Origin: Phaeosaccion multiseriatum
Taxonomy: Eukaryota > Protista > Ochrophyta, other classes
DNA length: 64,000 bases
Reading direction: 5' to 3'
Assembly: GCA_965112735.1 (NCBI GenBank)
Contig: OZ218960.1
Span: 2,356,001-2,420,000 of the forward strand
Notes under the pieces: model-generated
Databases searched by the model: none
Told to the model about the DNA's origin: nothing
What the model saw: the letters and a program-made list of their open reading frames with translations, nothing else
Translations under genes and position numbers: made by a program
Shown here: positions 26,601 through 38,472 of the stretch, in pieces
How the letters are laid out: each line of letters opens with the position of its first letter
Numbering within the stretch: the first letter of the stretch is position 1

Positions 26601-29548
26601 CTAACTGAGTGACTGACTAACTGCGTGACTGAGTAACTGAGTGACTGACTAACTGAGTGACTGACTAACTGAGTGACTGAGTGACTGGTTGACTGACTTA
26701 CTGAGTGACTGAATGACTGACCTTCTCCTCGGCGGTGGTGGTGATGATGCTAAAGTCATGCATGAACAATGGCCTGGGCACCGGCACGGCGAAGTCCCTC
26801 AGCATGACCCCCTCCTTATCAATGGCGTAAAAGTGCAGATACGGAGCCACCTCTGCATGCATGCCAAAGGCATACATCATGCCTGTGGACAGGTCGAGCT
26901 TGGGGTGTGCCGTGAAGGGATGTCGTAGCTTGCCTCCAAAAGTGACGAGGCCGATGGTCTCGAGCATGCCGTCGCACATGATCTTGAGCTGATAAGGCAT
27001 GTCCCACTCCTGCAGCGCCATGAGCCGTCCTGGTGGTGGTGGTGGTGGTGGTGGTGGTGGTGGTGGTGGTGGTGGTGGTGGTGGGGGGGGGGGGGGGGGG
27101 CATGCTTCATTTGGTTTGTTGCTTCATGTGTGTGTGTTTGTGTGTGTTTGTGTGTGTGTGTATGTGTGTGTGTGTTTGTGAGTGTATCTGTGCGCGTTTG
27201 AATGGGCGGAGGGGGTAGAGACTCAGAAGAGAAGTTTGGGACATGGGCTTTCTTCTTCTTCTACTTCTTCTTCTACTTCTTCTTCTTCTTCTCTTCGACC
27301 TTACTCCGACCCCGACCCTTATATATAATACATATAGTATGAAGTAAGAGCACTTGCGACCCTTGACGCTGACAAAAAGCGCTACCTTCCGCACCTACAC
27401 CTATACACACACACCCTTACGTAAGCATTAGGTTGATTCTCATAAGCCTATACACATGTACCTGCATGGAACCTCAGTGAGGTGTTGGCTGTCCCGGCCA
27501 ACCCCTCTCCCAGGCTGCACAGACCAAGCTCCTTGCGGATGGTGTATGCGGTAAGCTCCGATACGCCTCTCTGACCCTTCATGTCTCCTGACAAGAGAGA
27601 GGGCATGTCAAGAGGAGGGAGGGAGGGAGGGAGGGAAAGATACAACGTGAGGTGGAGTAAGTACGGGTCGGACGCCTTCACTCCGCACACTCCACAGCAC
27701 ACTACTGCCCACACTCACTCACTCACTTACTCACACCTACTCACCTACTCACCCACTCACTCACTAACTAACTCACTAACTCACTCACTCACTCACTCAT
27801 CACTCACTCATCACTCACTCACTCACTCACTCACTAACCCACTCTCTCACTCACTCACTCACTCACTCACTCACTCACTCACTCACTCACTATCCCACTC
27901 TCTCACTCACTCACTCGCTCACCCACGCACTCACCCATCTTGACGTAGTAGGCCTGGCCTGCCTCCTTCTCCTGCGTGAGCCTCCTTGTCCGCACCCACC
28001 GCCTGGAGTACAGCGCCTTGCCGCCCTTGATGCGGAGGGAATGCACGAGTCCGTCGCCATCGAAGATGTGGTAGCCCCTGTGGTGTTTTGTGTGTTGTCG
28101 TACGAGGTAGGTAGGTAGGTGGGTAGGAAGGTGGGTAGGTGGGGTAGGTAGGTAGGTAGGTGGGTACGTAGGTAGGTAGGTAGGCAAGGAAGGAAGTAGG
28201 GTAGATACATGGGTAGAAGGAAAGGTAGGTAGGTAGGTAGGTAGGTAGGTAGGTAGGTAGGTAGGACTTGGGGCAAGACTTCGGAACCTGGCGCCATCTT
28301 CTCTCTCTGCACCTCTGTCTTTTGTCTTTCATCTCTCCCTCTGTCTTTCTCTTGTGTCTCTTTCTTCATGCGAGCGCGTGCGTGCGCGTACGTGTGTGCG
28401 TGAGTGTGCGTGTGTGTTCCGTGCAATTCCCGTTCGTCATCGTACCTCAAAGGAGAGAGACGCGGACTGGGCCCGTTGCGAGAGAACAAGCCATTCATGG
28501 CGGCAGGTAGGCTTCCCTCCACCACACACTCACAGGGCGCCTCAGACTCATTCTTGTCCCCAATGGTCGCGTAGGCGCCGGTCGTGTGCCTCTTGACAAG
28601 CTTGTCCGGCTAATGCCAGTCGTTCGTTAATCAAACAGGACAGAGAGAGAGAGAGAGAGAGCGGGGGGGGGGGGCGGGAGGTTCATTCATCCATCTACAT
28701 ATACATCTTTTTGACAAGAAAGAAGAAGCAAGGGAGAGTGTCAGGCTATTGAGGGCAGGAGGAGGAGAGGCCAAAGGGGTGAAACTGGAGGGGGATAGAG
28801 GAGAGGGGAGAGGGGCCAGGGGCCAGGGCTGAGGGCGAAGGAGGCGGGGGGGGGCTTGAGAGAGTTAGGAAGCTCGAGAATGCGTCGCAGTGTTATCTCG
28901 TCAACATGCACTAGTCTTACTCATTGCGTGTTTCGCTTGCACTCTCGCCCTCCTGTCGCCCTTGCGGCTCTTTGTTTTGGGTCTCTGAGGCGGTCTTCTC
29001 CTTCTCTTACCTTGGCCTTCCAGTCCTCGTTGAGTTGCTTGGTGATCTGCTCCAGCTGCGCCAGCATGGCTGCCTCCTTGGCGCCTCCACCGCCGCCACC
29101 ACCTCCACCTCCCCCTCCTTTCCCTCCTCCTGCTGCTGCTCCTCCACCAGCACTGGTGCTGAGTCTGCTAGGGTTGGCTGCATACTCGGTCAGGGCCTGC
29201 GTGATCTTGACGATGGCCACCCCCTTGATCTTTGGGCACACCTTCTTCACCTCTTTCTTCAGAGCGTCCTTTCCGCCTGTCTTGTTAATAGCCACCAGGG
29301 CATCCAGATCGAAGGCGCTCTGAAGCGAAAACAGGCGGGCGATGGTGGGAAAGGAGTATGCGGCGATAGGGAAGACGAGGGGACAAAAGGTCTACTGTAA
29401 GGTTTTTTTTTTGTGTGGAATGAATGCACGGTACGGGGTTATTGGCCCGTCAACATGTGTAAGCACGTACGCTGAGAGCCGTGATGTTGCTGTCGCCGGC
29501 AGCATCTCTCAGGCCGAAGGAATCGAAGAAGGCGTCCACTGTTGCCAT
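21983..29548 (-). CDS. Carotenoid cleavage dioxygenase (RPE65/CCD family, CCD1-like) with N-terminal SAM-like extension; 14 exons, ~644 aa
   Basis: Exons 29471-29548, 29011-29319, 28446-28609, 27935-28077, 27462-27587, 26722-27029, 25619-25743, 24996-25081, 24510-24601, 24068-24189, 23798-23879, 23244-23321, 22478-22632, 21983-22049 (1,935 nt, in frame). Motifs RNGPSP, YHIFDGDG, GTANT, EFPNI, GECVFIP, EDDGFL, and all four Fe-ligand histidines: FTAHPK, FMHDF, FAFHQANAW, VPLGFHALF. Confidence 0.94.
26017..26720. repeat. ~700-bp compound 8/12-mer satellite (GAGTGACT / GAGTAACT / GACTAACT) inside a CCD intron
   Basis: Directly visible tandem array. Confidence 0.95.
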
Positions 29549-29738
29549 GAGTAACACCGTCTGCTGGCCGAGCTTGGCGAAAGGATGTAATAAATCCCCG
29601 GAGTTGATGATCGTGTGGGGGAGTTAAAGGGGAAGTTGGGTCTCCGTCGTCGTTCCTCTGTGACATCCTTCTCCCGAGCTCGCCGGGCTCGCTCGGTTTT
29701 CGTTGAAGGACTCGCTGAAAGGCGGCAACAGAGCTGTG

Positions 29739-31235
29739 ATGGCGAAGATGCTGCTGCTGCGTGTGCGAAGCTCCACAGGGACGAAGAGGGTCCAGCTGCC
29801 TGTTGATAGCACCTGGGAGGACCTTGCGCGGGTGGTGACTCAGGAGCTGCACCTCGAGGAGATGGCGGCTCTCGCGCTGGATCCAGCGGGCCACAAGAGG
29901 GTCGGAGAGGGGTGCGATCCTGACGTGTCTTTGAAAGAGGTGAGTGCTGTCTTCCCTGTTCGCTTGGCGAGGATGCCTAGTCACTGAGTAGAGCGTACGT
30001 GTCGACCAAAGGGTGTGGCGCCTGAAACGCCCTTCTTGCCTCTGCACGCGCCTCGCTATACGTACTACCCTCGCTCAGCTGGGGCTGCAGCACGGTGACA
30101 TGCTGTACGTCATGGAGGACAGAGACGCCGCTCGGGAGGCGGAGGCAGCAGCGGCCCAAGCGCAGGTGGCAGAGGCCTCCACCCAGGCAGCAGCTCCTCC
30201 ACAAGCAGAGCGGGCTGGTGCGCAGCAAGTCTCAGCTGCGCAGGGAGGGGGTGGGGGGGTGGGCATGACGTTCTCTGCAGACGATGCTCCAGCTGAAGGT
30301 GGTGCCTACACCGGCTTCGGCAGCGGACCACGCACAGCGGCAGAGTTTGGGACGCCTCTCGCCGACTATGGAGATTACCGCGACTTGGGAGGGGAAGAAG
30401 GGGAAAAGCACCATGACGAGGATGGGGTGAGGGCGGCTGATGAGAGGAAGACAGAGCGCATGATCGGAGGGGGCGGGATGGGGATGGGAATGGGAATGGG
30501 GGGGATACCGCCCTTCGGCTTGTTCCACCACATGCCCATGTATCACCCCCAGGGAGTGGGGGGTCACATGGACGAACATGCCTTCGATGCGGACCTTGAC
30601 TACGAGGACGGGGAGGACGATGAGGAGGAGGAGGACGACGACGACGACGACGACGAGGAAGATCCACTCAGCCCCGACCCAGATTCTGGTGACGCTGTGT
30701 GGGATGCGCAGCTGCTACTGGCCATACAAGAGAGCCAAGCCCTTGCAGCAACACAGAAGGCAGCAGCAGCGGCGGGGGGAGAGGAGGGTGAGGGGGCTGA
30801 GGGGCAGGAAGGGGGCGAGGGAGGCCAGGGGCCGGCAGGGGTGGGCAGCACCAGTGGGATTGGGACAGAGGAGGAGCGGGGCACCGTGTCAACAGAGGGA
30901 GCAAGTGCTGCAAGTGGGGCAAGTGGGGCAAGCGAGGGGGTGGGGAGCAACTGGGGGGACATGCAGGCACAGGGGTTGCTTTCGGACGAGGTGGGTCGGT
31001 CTTGAACGGTACTACTCGGAGGGGGGGGGGGGGGGGGGTTGCACAGGGGCTCTATAGGTTGTTGCGTTATTGTGTTTGTCGCACTGGTCCACTTTTCGTT
31101 TTGGAAAGCGGCACCAAATCAGTCCTTTGGTTTGAAAGGGGTGGAATGAATCTGACAATGGGCGGTAGTGTCGACCACCGACCAGACCCCATGTGCGCCT
31201 CATTCCAGGCCTCCTCTCATTTGTCTTTCTTTACC

Positions 31236-31274
<39 letters not shown>

Positions 31275-31757
31275 GCACATACACGCACGCGCACACATCT
31301 AAATACACTCCCACAGGATCTTGCCGTGTACATGGCCTCAATGGAGCGAGAGCGTCAGTTAAAGAAGGACGAGGCCTTCGTAACTCGTCTGGCAAAGAAG
31401 GAGCAGAAGGAACGGGCACGGCGGCAAAGGAAGCAGCAGGAAAGGCGCCAGCAGCTGCAGCAGCAGAGACAGCAGCAGAGGCAAGAGCAGCTGCAGAGAG
31501 CCCAGCAGGCAGCGGCCGCCAACGCTGCACGAGCGAGTAACGAGGCTTTGGCCAGGGCAGCGGCTGCGAGTAGTGTGCCTCAGGGGATCCGAGAGGCTGT
31601 GGAGTTGGCGGGGAGGGGGGGGTCAGCAGAAGAGTTGAGGGCCATGCTGGAGGGGAGAGGGGCAGGGGCGGACATATGGACGGGGGGGGCATTGCCAAGG
31701 GCGAGGCCAGGAGCAAGGGTAGGGGGGAGGAGGGGGAGGGTGGGGCAAGGCAACGAG

Positions 31758-31790
<33 letters not shown>

Positions 31791-33262
31791 GAGGAGGAGG
31801 AGGAGGCACTGCTCAACGCAGCAGGAGCTCAGAGTCTGTTTGACCAACTCGAGGTTGCAGAGCATGTCGACAATCTCCGCGGCGGCCTCGATTCAAGCAG
31901 TGGCGCGGGGGGGCGGGGGAGGGGAAGGGATGCCCTCGCAGGGAGGGAAACAAGAGCGGCGGGGCGTGGAAGGCGAGAGGGAGGGCGAGATGGGACGTTT
32001 GCAGCACCGCCGCCGCCAACGCGACCCCTCTTCCCCCCTCGGACTCCTTTCCCCTCTGGACCGTTCGACCCATCTGGAGGGCGAGATGGAGCAGGTATGG
32101 CAGTGGACGGGGGCTCGGCGGCCGCAGGCAGCGACAGCGGCAGCGGCAGCGGAAGTGTAGGCGGCATGGGCGGGGCGAACACCACGTTTGAGGAGGAGTT
32201 GATGCTAGCTGAAGCGCTGAGTCTCAGCATGGCTACGGATGCCGCTGCCGCTGCCACTGCAGGTGGCGGTGTCCATGCCGATGATGCTACCGTAGGTGCT
32301 GCCGCTGCCGCCGAGCAGGACTCTGCAGAGGGAGGAGGAGGGGACCGCGTACACATACAGAATGGACAGAGTACAGAGAGTGGAGAGAATGGACAGAGGC
32401 AAGAGGAAGATCTGGGGACAGGGGGTGCACCCCAGGGGGGTTTTGATGATGGTCTCATGGTTCGAGGGACTGGCGTCCGTAGGCGTGCTCAGCAGCAGCC
32501 CCAAAGGGAAGGACAATCCCAGGGGGGAGGACAATCCCAGGGGGGAGGACAATCCCAGGGGGGAGGACAATCCCAGGGGGCACGCAGTACTACAGGTTCG
32601 CGCAGACGGCCAAGGGGCACTGTCGCCCCCCTGGGTCAAGGGAGAGGGGAGAGGCATGAGAGGCATGCTGCCCCCCCTCTGGGGCCTCCTCTGGGCCACA
32701 AAAAGGAGCAGGTGGAGCAGGTGGAGCAGGTGGAGCAGGTGGAGCAGGTGGAGCAGGTGGAGCAGGTGGAGCAGGTGGAGCAGGTGGAGCAGGCCCCTTC
32801 GTACTGGGAAGATGACGAGCTTTTTGCCCAGGCGCTGCAGTCATCGCTCGCCGGGGAGTCCTCGCATGCATCTCTGCAGCAGCAGCAGCAGGAGGAGGAG
32901 GAGGAACAGCAGCAGCAGCAGTTGGTGATACAGCAGCAGCAGCAGAGAAGGGTGGAGGCTCTCACGCGGGCGGCTTATTCAGAGCGCCCCCCGGGGGGCT
33001 TGGGCTTGCGGTCCTCCTCCTCCGAGGATGGCAGTGGATGGAGGGAGATGGCAGTGGAGGGGCGGCCTTTGCCTTCTGCGGAGGAGGCGGAACTGCAGAG
33101 GGCCCTGCTCGAGAGTGCGCTGCTCAAGGAGGAGAGAGAGAGGGAGAGAGGGACGGCCACGACAGCGACGGGAAGAGGAGGGGGAGGGGGAGGGGCGAGA
33201 GGAGCACGCCAAGCCGCCACACCAGCTGCAGCTGGAGGTATGTATGTCTATCTGTTCATCTT

Positions 33263-33326
<64 letters not shown>

Positions 33327-33550
33327 GAGGTATGTCTATCTGTTCATCTTTCTGTCTGTGTGTCTGTCTGGAGGTATGTCTATCTGTTCATCTTTCTGTC
33401 TGTCTCGATGTGTCCATCTGTTCATCTATCCATCTGTCGATCAATCTGTCTCTCTGTCTTTCTCGATCTGTCTATCTCGATCTGTCTGTCTATCTGTCTG
33501 TCGATCAATCTGTCTCTCTGTCGATCTCTCTTGTCGATCTGTCTTCTCTT

Positions 33551-33606
<56 letters not shown>

Positions 33607-33983
33607 TGTGTCTTCCCTTTCTGTCTCTCTCTCTGCCTCTCTCTGTCTTCTTTTTCTGTCTGTCTCTCTGTCTGTCTTCTCTTTCTCTCTCTCTCTCTCT
33701 GTCTTCTCTTTCTATCTCTTTCTGTCTCCCCCCCCCCCCATTATCTTCTTACGTACATCGCTTCTCTCTCCCCCCCTCCCCGTCCTCTGCTCCTCTCCTT
33801 TGTCGGGTGCCGCCCGCCCTCTCCTCAGCAGCCGCTCAACCTGACGCCGGCATTGACGTCGACGAAGATCTGGCCACCGCTCTGGCTCTCTCTCTGTCCA
33901 CAGCAGTTGGTGATTCAGCAGCAGCAGTTAGTGATTCAACAGCAGCAGTTGGTGGTTCAGCAGCGAGGAGGCCCGGGGCATGA
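29739..33983 (+). CDS. Ubiquitin-pathway adaptor: NPL4-type N-terminal ubiquitin-like domain, long low-complexity region and ~5 UIM-like motifs; exons 29739-29939, 30079-30990, 31317-33237, 33829-33983
   Basis: MLLLRVRSSTGTKRV...SLKE|LGLQHGDMLYV is typical of the NPL4 N-terminal UBL. UIM-like motifs: DAQLLLAIQESQA, EEELMLAEALSLSM, DDELFAQALQSSL, EEAELQRALLESA, DEDLATALALSLS. The 3' end is uncertain. Confidence 0.75.
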
Positions 33984-33986
33984 AGC

Positions 33987-34018
<32 letters not shown>

Positions 34019-34022
34019 CAGA

Positions 34023-34319
34023 GGGGCGGCGTCGGTCCCGCAGGGGGCGCGAAGGGCGGTAGTGGCGGAAACACTCATGGCCGACATGCCCCGGAGGGTG
34101 CGCTTGGGAGCCCTCCACACCGGGGAGAGAGGAGGAGGGGGAGGGGGGGGGGGGGGAGGGTTGACAGTATATGGAGGGGAGGAGAGGAGAGGGGGGGCGT
34201 CCTTCCAGTGCGGGCAGTGCCTGGCGGCCGAGAAGGGCTTGACGCTGGACTGTGGCTATCGAGCCAAGCTGTGCCCATTCTGCGACGCCTTCATTCAGTC
34301 AACGCAGGAGAGAGGGTAG
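34023..34319 (+). CDS. Possible terminal exon or small ORF with CxxC...CxxC zinc-finger-like motif
   Basis: FQCGQCLAAEKGLTLDCGYRAKLCPFCDAFIQ, in the same frame as the upstream UIM protein beyond its TGA and an (AGAC)n tract. Confidence 0.4.
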   Translation, partial: GAASVPQGARRAVVAETLMADMPRRVRLGALHTGERGGGGGGGGGGLTVYGGEERRGGASFQCGQCLAAEKGLTLDCGYRAKLCPFCDAFIQSTQERG

Positions 34320-34853
34320 AGAGAGAGAGAGAGAGAGACGGAGAGCCTTACAAAGACTGAAGCATCAAGCATCAATCCTCCATTAATTATGCGTATGCTT
34401 TCTTATCATGTATTTTTGAAAGAGGAGTCTCTTGTGTTGTACATCTCGTTACTTAACTCCTTCCTAAGCTCTCAGCAGGTGACACTCCCCCCCCCCTTCC
34501 CCCAATCGGAGGAACTTCAATACTTCAACACTTCATATTCATTGTGAATACACTCATGTACATTTGTTTGTCAAGCACCAGCGGCCCCTCCGTGTGCTCG
34601 CTGGGCGATGGAAGGGATACTTGATGCTTCTGATCCCTCCCCCCCCCTTGTTGTGTACTTGGCGCATCTCTCCCTCTCTGCAACGCGTCCCTCATCCTCA
34701 TCCCCTCCTTGCTTGCACTTGCTGCACTGCACTGCCCTCTGAGGTTCACACCCCTCTCTGTGGTGTCGTGCTATGAATAGCGTTAACCTCCCCGCCGTGT
34801 GCTTGACACGAAAGACTGCTGCTTGACACTAAAGTGGGTGTGGAGCTTCCTAC

Positions 34854-37800
34854 CTACCTCCCCGCGGTGTGTCTGACAATGAACGGGTGATTCATGACCT
34901 CGGCCACAGGGAGGCGATCCGAGGCCTCGTACCGCAGCAAGCTCCTGAAAGGGTAGAGCAGTGAAGGGGTAGTGAGGAAGGAGGGGGGGGGGGCGGCAGT
35001 GAATGAGATCACGACATACACACAGACACATACACAAACACTCATGAACGCACTCTCACGCACCCACTCACTCTCTCTCCCTCTCAGACACCCTCCCACA
35101 CATACCCACCCAACCTCCCCCCCCCTCTACCCAAACGCACTCACTTGATGAGGTCCTGCGCATCCTCAGGTACCCTGTCCCCGGGGGGGAAGCGCACGTC
35201 GCACTTGATGATGCGGCGATACCTTTTGGAGGGAGAGGGGTGGACAGGCAGGCAGTACCGAGTGTCAGGACGAGAGAGGGGTGGACAGGCAGGCAGTACC
35301 GAGTGTCAGGACGAGAGAGGGGTGGACAGGCAGGCAGTACCGAGTGTCAGGACGAGAGAGGGATGGACAGACAGGCAGTACCGAGTGTCAGGACGAGAGA
35401 GGGTGGGGAGTGTCAGGACAGGCAGTACCGAGTGTCAGGACGAGAGAGGGTGGGGAGTGTCAGGACAGGCAGTACCGAGTGTCAGGACGAGAGAGGGGTG
35501 GACAGGCAGGCAGTACCGAGTGTCAGGACGAGAGAGGGTGGGGAGTGTCAGGACAGGCAGTACCGAGTGTCAGGACGAGAGAGGGGTGGACAGACAGGCA
35601 GTACCGAGTGTCAGGACGAGAGAGGGTGGGGAGTGTCAGGACAGGCAGTACCGAGTGTCAGGACGAGAGAGGGGTGGACAGACAGGCAGTACCGAGTGTC
35701 AGGACGAGAGAGGGGTGGACAGACAGGCAGTACCGAGTCTCAGGACGAGAGAGGGGTGGACAGGCAGGCAGTACCGAGTGTCAGGATGAGAGAGGGTGGG
35801 GGGGGGGGGTGTCAGGACCGTGATGACGTACATGGCGGCGGACCCGTCGGCCTCAAAGGGAGGCTCCCCCACGAGTAACTCATACGCAAGCACGCCCACT
35901 GCCCAAGCGTCCACCATCTCGTTATGGGTCTTGCCCTGGTGGGGGAAGTACGTCAATGGGTGAGTGCGTGTGTGAGTGTAGGTCGTCGGGTGGGTATATC
36001 GGTATATGGGTGTACGGGTAGGTGGATGGGTGAGTAGGGATCAAGGCGAGGAGGGGGGTGCGTGAGTGAGTGAGTGAGTGAGTGAGTGATTGAGAAAGGG
36101 GGTAGGGACGGACAGGAAATGAGGTTAGGCCATACTAGCTACGCAACGGTTGGCTCTCGGCCCTCCGTGTGTACATACATACATAACATATATGTAAGTG
36201 TGTGCATGGGGTGTGAATGTATATACCCCCCCACCCCACTCGCCTCGATCATCTCCGGTGAGAGGTAGTCCAAGGTCCCGCAGAAGGTCGTCCTCCGACT
36301 CGAAGGCGCGTGGATGGACCACCCAAAGTCCGCAATCTTCATCTCTCCATGGTGCCCCACCAGCAAGTTCTCCGGCTTGAGGTCCCTGTGGATCACCTTC
36401 TTGCTGTGACAGTAGTCAAGCGCAAGGGCCACCTCTCGGACGTATCGGGCCGTGCGGGAGGGACTCAGGCGGCTGACAAGAGAGAGGAGAAGGGAAGGAG
36501 GGACAACAAGAGAGGGATAGGGAGGAAGGCATAAGTAAGGCATGCGCGACGAGGGACACGCAAGGACGTCACACCTCCAAAGTAAAAACAAAGGCAAAGC
36601 AAAGCGAGCCCTCCCTCCCTCCCTTCCTTCCTTCTCTCCCTCCGTCCCTCCCTCCCTTCCTTCCTTCTCTCCCTCCGTCCCTCCCTCCCTTCCTTCCTTC
36701 TCTCCCTCCGTCCCTCCCTCCCTTCCTTCCCTCCCTCCGTCCCTCCCTTCCTTCCTTCTCTCCCTCCGTCCCTCCCTTCCTTCCTTCTCTCCCTCCGTCC
36801 CTCCCTCCCTTCCTTCTCTCCCTCCGTCCCTCCCTCCCTTCCTTCCTTCTCTCCCTCCGTCCCTCCCTTCCTTCCTTCTCTCCCTCCGTCCCTCCCTCCC
36901 TTCCTTCTCTCCCTCCGTCCCTCCCTCCCTTCCTTCTCTCCCTCCGTCCCTCCCTCCCTTCCTTCCTTCTCTCCCTCCGTCCCTCCCTTCCTTCCTTCTC
37001 TCCCTCCGTCCCTCCCTCCCTTCCTTCCTTCTCTCCCTCCGTCCCTCCCTTCCTTCCTTCTCTCCCTCCGTCCCTCCCTCCCTTCCTTCCTTCTCTCCCT
37101 CCGTCCCTCCCTCCCTTCCTTCCTTCTCTCCCTCCGTCCCTCCCTCCCTTCCTTCCTTCTCTCCCTCCGTCCCTCCCTCCCTTCCTTCCTTCTCTCCCTC
37201 CGTCCCTCCCTCCCTTCCTTCCTTCTCTCCCTCCGTCCCTCCCTCCCTTCCTTCCTTCTCTCCCTCCGTCCCTCCCTCCCTTCCTTCCTTCTCTCCCTCC
37301 GTCCCTCCCTTCCTTCCTTCTCTCCCTCCGTCCCTCCCTTCCTTCCTTCTCTCCCTCCGTCCCTCCGTCCCTCCCTTCCTTCCTTCTCTCCCTCCCTCCC
37401 TTCCTTCCTTCTCTCCCTCCCTCCCTCCCTCCCTCCCTTCCTTCCTTCTCTCCCTCCGTCCCTCCCTTCCTTCTCTCCCTCCGTCCCTCCCTTCCTTCCT
37501 TCTCTCCCTCCGTCCCTCCCTCCCCTCCCTTCCCTTCCCTCCCTCCCTCCCTCCGCTTCCTCCTGCCTTACCTCTTCTCCTTGAGTTCCTCCATGAGCTC
37601 CCCTCCCGGAGCGTACTCCAAGATGAGATAGATACGCTTGGGGCAGTAGAAGTACCCAAACATGCGCAGTATGTTGCGGTGCCGCAGATGGCTCTGAATC
37701 TCGATCTCGCGTCGGAGCTGTAGTCCCGAGGAGGAGGGAGGAGCACACGCCGCGTACGTACGGTTTGTTCGCCATTGGGCAGCGCCATTAGCGGCCACCA

Positions 37801-38439
37801 AAGTGCGGCACAAGGCACAAGAGAGGAGCCGAGTGGAGAGAGGTAGAGGGGACGGGCGGGAGGAGAGGGGAGGGATGGCAGTGGATGGGTTGGGAAGGGT
37901 GAGAAGGGGGTACGGTACAGCGCTAGTCCAAAGACTAAAAAAGATGGTGAGAGTGACCCTCCACCAGCGAGGCAAGGCACACTCGATATCGCGTGCGGCG
38001 TAGAGATGCGAACATGGAAGAAAGACGTGACCTCAGTGAGAGCGGGGGGTGAGGTGTGCCCACGACTGTACTCGCCACGAGCAGGGCAGCAGGAAGGGGC
38101 AATGGGAGCGGTGCACAATCCTTGAGAGCCACTGGGGCAAAGCGAACAGAGACCAGGTAAGGTGCTTGCTTTTCCAAAAGCAAAGGGGGCCCGGAGGGGT
38201 GCCTTCCGCAGCAACCGAGCAGGGAGCAAGGGAGAAAGAGTCCAGCAACGCCAGCACCCACCTGATGCTCGATCTTGTTTTTGAGGAGCTGCTTCTTGCG
38301 CAGCACCTTCAATGCCACGATGTACCCGCTCTTCTTCTCTCTGGCCAAGTACACGCAGCCGAACTTGCCCATGCCCAGCTTCCTGCCAATGTCAAAGTCA
38401 TCCAAGCACCAATCTCGGGCTGCAGGCGCATGCGGTTGG

Positions 38440-38472
<33 letters not shown>

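Noticed and set aside
35232-35818. Regularly spaced ~30-bp repeats resembling a CRISPR array
   Set aside because: No unique spacers, no cas genes, and it lies inside a spliceosomal intron of a eukaryotic gene; it is a minisatellite.
36139-38229. 696-aa ORF and similar long ORFs (50665-52324, 41497-42310, 22539-23321, 59641-60254)
   Set aside because: Stop-free translations of microsatellite introns; only the embedded exon fragments are coding.
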